Positions 59,956 through 64,000 of a DNA stretch of 64,000 nucleotides are shown here, one piece after another (the first letter of the stretch is position 1; each line of letters starts with the position of its first letter). The stretch is taken from the NCBI RefSeq assembly GCF_031769215.1, contig NW_026782269.1, positions 124,001 through 188,000 on the forward strand, read 5' to 3'. The DNA is from Ylistrum balloti (Eukaryota). Below the pieces are notes generated by a model. The model was not told where the DNA came from. It worked only from the letters and a program-made list of their open reading frames with translations, and searched no databases. The position numbers and the translations under genes are program-made.

Positions 59956-61620
59956 TTATGCTGTTGCCCCTACCATTTGCCCTTCCCCTTCTGCCCCACC
60001 ACCTCCTCCACCTTCAAGCTGCTTTTTCAAATTTTCTACTTCCTGTTGTTCAAATTTTGTACGATTCTTCATTAATCCTTCAACAATTCGCCTCATTTTG
60101 AATGTAGGTGTGTGTCGCATTGCTCGACTGGCTGAGTTCAATGGTACATGTGATTGCCGTCTGTTTGATAAATCCAGTTTTGTCATTTGTGAAAGAATAA
60201 GTTGAGTTGGTGTCACGGCACGTTTGATTTTACCTTCATCCATAGATGTTTTGATTAATTCCCATAGATTTTTCTTTTCTTTGCCTTCCTTATTTACGGG
60301 TTTGACTTTTTCTACCACAACTGATCTCTCACTCATCCTAGAAGCTTGGTTGTTTCTAGCTTCCTCTGCAGCTTGCTGAAGTTCCTCCTTTTTAAGTTCC
60401 TCCTCTGTTTTCCATTTTTTCGAATTGTCAAGAGGTTTAGAAAATACACTGAGAATAGCAGAGGCCTTGGACTGATGTGCCACAACAGGAAACTTACTAG
60501 TTTTAGGTGGAGGAGGTTTCACTTCAATAATCTCCTCTTCTTCATCAGATACATCATCAACTTTCTTATCACATAGTTTATAAAATTGCACCAGTTTTTT
60601 ATCCAGCTTCTTTTGTTCGTCGACCATCATTTCTTGTGTCATTGGCTGAGACTGACCTCGCCTCACACTTCGTACTGATCGCACACTCTCTCGTGTCTGG
60701 GGCCGTGATGTCCCTGAAACTTCAGAAAACTTGTCTCCAAAAAGAAGAGCTCGCAGATCAATTCTTTCCATTGCATCTAAGTCATCCATGTCATCATCAC
60801 TGTCTTCCCATGCAGTGGTGCGACGTGTCGTTACAGATCGTGTGGAAGCGTATGTTTGTGATCGGGTTAAACGATCAGCCGTTGAACTTTTCTTATCAAA
60901 ATCATCACGAAGAGAAAATTTTACATGAGAAGCACTTTTCTTTGGCCTTTCTATAGATGGCAACTTGGAATCATTGTGATCAGTTTCTTTTTTGTATTGT
61001 TTCGTTGATGCTATAGAGGATGGTGGAGCAGGGTATGATGAAGGAGGGGCTGACTTTGAGCTCCGTCTTCTCCAGATTGGCACATGTGTACTTTGAGAAT
61101 TGACTGACAGAGCTCCAGGTGTTGACGCTGCTATTCGAGACCGTTCCTCGGCGCGTTGTAACTGTTCTTGCTCCCGTAGTTTGTTACGGGCTTTAGACAC
61201 CAAAGGCGCAGAATCCAAGTCATTTAGGGTACGACCCCGTAATGGAAACTTTTGTTGTTTGTCTAGATAATAACAATCCTGCATAATACCTAGACGCTTT
61301 TCAGAATTGTTTATTTGTGTAGCATCGTAAGTAAAGTCTTTCTCGGGTTGAATTCTTTGTTTCGTCTCTAGATCTATTTTCCTTTTATTGATATCAAACA
61401 CTTTTACTTCGTAGCGAAGAGCACTCGAGTTGTCATGAATTTTCTTCATTTTCTGGTTCACCTCACGCTGAAGTTGGCCATGCTTGATATTGAAATGGTT
61501 GTCACATATATTGTTTTTGACACTGACTAATTTCTCAGTAACCGACACTTTTTTTGTGACATCCAGAGCCTCTTTCTGAAGATCTTCGAATGGATTCACT
61601 ACTAGTTGCTCTGAATCCAT
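59956..61620 (-). CDS. Uncharacterised 554-aa charged, largely disordered/coiled-coil protein; single coding exon nested antisense in an RSPRY1 intron
   Basis: 1.66-kb stop-free frame in about 33% GC DNA; good acceptor (ttcttttcacag|) 14 nt before the ATG; A at -3 (atcATGg); downstream AATAAA; non-repetitive. No family recognised. Confidence 0.85.
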   Translation of the reverse strand: MDSEQLVVNPFEDLQKEALDVTKKVSVTEKLVSVKNNICDNHFNIKHGQLQREVNQKMKKIHDNSSALRYEVKVFDINKRKIDLETKQRIQPEKDFTYDATQINNSEKRLGIMQDCYYLDKQQKFPLRGRTLNDLDSAPLVSKARNKLREQEQLQRAEERSRIAASTPGALSVNSQSTHVPIWRRRSSKSAPPSSYPAPPSSIASTKQYKKETDHNDSKLPSIERPKKSASHVKFSLRDDFDKKSSTADRLTRSQTYASTRSVTTRRTTAWEDSDDDMDDLDAMERIDLRALLFGDKFSEVSGTSRPQTRESVRSVRSVRRGQSQPMTQEMMVDEQKKLDKKLVQFYKLCDKKVDDVSDEEEEIIEVKPPPPKTSKFPVVAHQSKASAILSVFSKPLDNSKKWKTEEELKKEELQQAAEEARNNQASRMSERSVVVEKVKPVNKEGKEKKNLWELIKTSMDEGKIKRAVTPTQLILSQMTKLDLSNRRQSHVPLNSASRAMRHTPTFKMRRIVEGLMKNRTKFEQQEVENLKKQLEGGGGGGAEGEGQMVGATA

Positions 61621-64000
61621 GATGAAGAAGTTTCCTGTGAAAAGAATTGAGAATTTTAATCATTCTGATATGTTAAAAGTTGATTTTATATTTATCATTA
61701 ACACATAAAGATAACATTTCTTTATAAATACATAAAACATTTACTTAATAAAAAAAAAAAAATGATAAAATCTCACTTTTTATTATACTATTTAACTACA
61801 TTATTACTGAATCCTAAATCCATAGAAATATTTCCTGTGGTGCCTTCATAGTAACGTAAACACTTACATGAGAGCATGTGATGACACCTACATAGAAACC
61901 ATTATTTGTGTCACTATGACCGATTTCTGTTGTACAGCAACACATATAGGTACACAGATTTCATTTTACATTGATTAAATAACCCCTCGATATAGAAACA
62001 TTCGCCAGCCTGACACCCTGACTGCACACTGTCAGCCTGGCCACTGGTGCAGTGTTTGAAAGGCTAATTGTTCAGCCATTAGAGAACAGCCACTCCTGGG
62101 ATGGCTCAGTTACGTCCTATCAATAATCCATGTGTTGGTCATCAATCGGAAGATTAAACTCGTAAACCATCACTTTATTGACAAACTGTCATCGTGATAA
62201 AAGGCCGGGCATTGAAAAGTGATTGAACCAAACACTCTCTATATGGTCAATGATGTTTCAACTGTTAATCAATGCTTATTATGCATTGAATCCAGGAATT
62301 GTTTGATTGCAAATTCAAAGCAAAATCCTGATTTAAGTCAACTTCAATGTAAACAAATTATACATGTGTCCTTTGTATCAAATTGTTATGTTTCTTTTTA
62401 GTTCATTATAATGGCTGACTTCCATAGGTTTCCGAGTCTTCAGGCCAACATGTCTAATCATTATTACATTTATCATACTATTGTGTGTTATAGTTTGGTT
62501 ATTACATATTGTATGTTTCAGTATAATTTGATTGTAATACAGTGTCGCTTCTGATTTAGGATATTTTGATATGAGTTAGTTAAATATGTGACTATAGATT
62601 TAGTACAATGTATTTGTTGAAGTACAATGTAATTTCTGATTTTAGTATATTCTGATATGATTTAGTTTTAGTATGTAGATATAGATTAAGTATGTGTCTA
62701 TTTAGTCCTGTATCACAATGCGACTGTAGATTTAATACACTAATGGATTATGTATATAAAGTAAATGTAGGTTGAAACCTGCCTTCCTGTGTTAACGCTG
62801 TAATGATTATATAACTATTAATACTACTCAGCAATCTATCCAGGGCACAGCAAACACTTGATCTTAAAACAAAACCTAGTGACATAATTGTTACCATTGC
62901 CTTGGAGATGGCGTGATAGTGTGTAGAAACAGGAAGTGGTATCTCATTGTGTTAGGACTGGTCAATGTTTCAGTGTAAAACAGTTACTGTTTTATTGTTG
63001 GATGATTGACATTGGTAAAGCAAATATTTTACATCAGGTTGATTAAATGTGTCTGTGTTTCTATATAGGGAAAATATCAATGTTATGCTGAATATAAAAA
63101 GATACATTTCGGTTTTTTTTGGTTTTTTTTTTTAAATTTTTTTTGGCAGTAAATAATCTTTGTACTGTTAGTCTATTTAATTGATATTTACAAAATAAGG
63201 AGGCATATTTGCTGAAAGATGAAACAAAAATTAAGAAAAATGGAAATAAAAAAAGCAATATTGGAGTATTTCTATTTAGAACTAGTGTATAAGGGATTAA
63301 ACTCAAGTGACAAGAATAGATAACTAATAAGATGTTTTAGAGCAGGTGCTAGACTTCTTGTCCAATCTGCCTGGTAACTTTACCTGATATTGGTGCCAGG
63401 AGATGACAAAGTTAAAATGATTTCATATTCGATAATTTTTTGACTTGTAACAAAATAGGGAGAGTAATTTAATTGATTGAAGTATTAGGAAATGAAACTT
63501 TTTATAGAAATTTTAAATAATTTTGACAAAATTATGTGTGGAAATATGTTTGAGAACACGTACAGATAAGATTCTAGTAACTGAAATTTCCTGTACTGAG
63601 ACAGAAATATAATTAGTTAATTATGTTCTGAGAAATTTTGTTAAATATCCATTCAGTTAAAAATTCAGAAAAACATGTGGATGAGTTAAGTAGAACACAG
63701 AAGTCTTTACTTTCCCTCTACGACTTGTCCCCTCCCCTATTTACCACGGTAGTAAATGTCACTAGTAAATCTGTCCTCAACCCCATTAGTTATTATGTAA
63801 ACTTCCCCCATATCCTTCTCGTAACGTTTCAAGTTAGAGTGACCTACTTGTGGAATCCTGAACCTCCATGATGCTGTTTTTGTGCAGCATACCGCTAAGG
63901 TCTCCTAACACATCCATATTTATAGAATCAGAGCACAGCCTTCACAGTGTCAAAAATATCAAAGAAGTCAACTTTGTATCATTTTGTCAACATTCACACG

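Overview
AT-rich, intron-rich animal genomic DNA, most likely a bivalve mollusc such as a scallop (inferred from the Helentron-type repeats and minisatellite-laden introns, not proven). The ORF track is mostly uninformative, so spliced gene models were built by hand from GT/AG boundaries and frame checks. Six protein genes are supported: (1) the 3' end of PHKB (+, last 4 coding exons); (2) a TP53INP/DOR-family autophagy gene (-); (3) a MEP-1-like C2H2 zinc-finger gene (+, one 3.9-kb coding exon); (4) CFAP90/C5orf49 (-, 3 exons); (5) RSPRY1 (+, head-to-head with CFAP90, 10 coding exons visible, running off the window); (6) an unrecognised 554-aa single-coding-exon gene (-) nested in a long RSPRY1 intron. 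A complete selenocysteine tRNA gene with TATA box, PSE-like element and T-run terminator lies at 15056-15142 (-). Mobile DNA includes a complete Helentron-associated element (HINE) with a nested TIR element, an intact hAT MITE and a LINE 3' fragment. Best leads: RSPRY1 has two in-frame starts (hydrophobic leader vs MGxCxC lipidation N-terminus) behind two uORFs; RSPRY1 needs an 11-nt frame-restoring microexon; and a 4.2-kb minisatellite carrying about 100 AP-1 sites lies about 2.8 kb from the CFAP90/RSPRY1 promoter. Family assignments rest on recalled human/fly protein sequences, not database searches.
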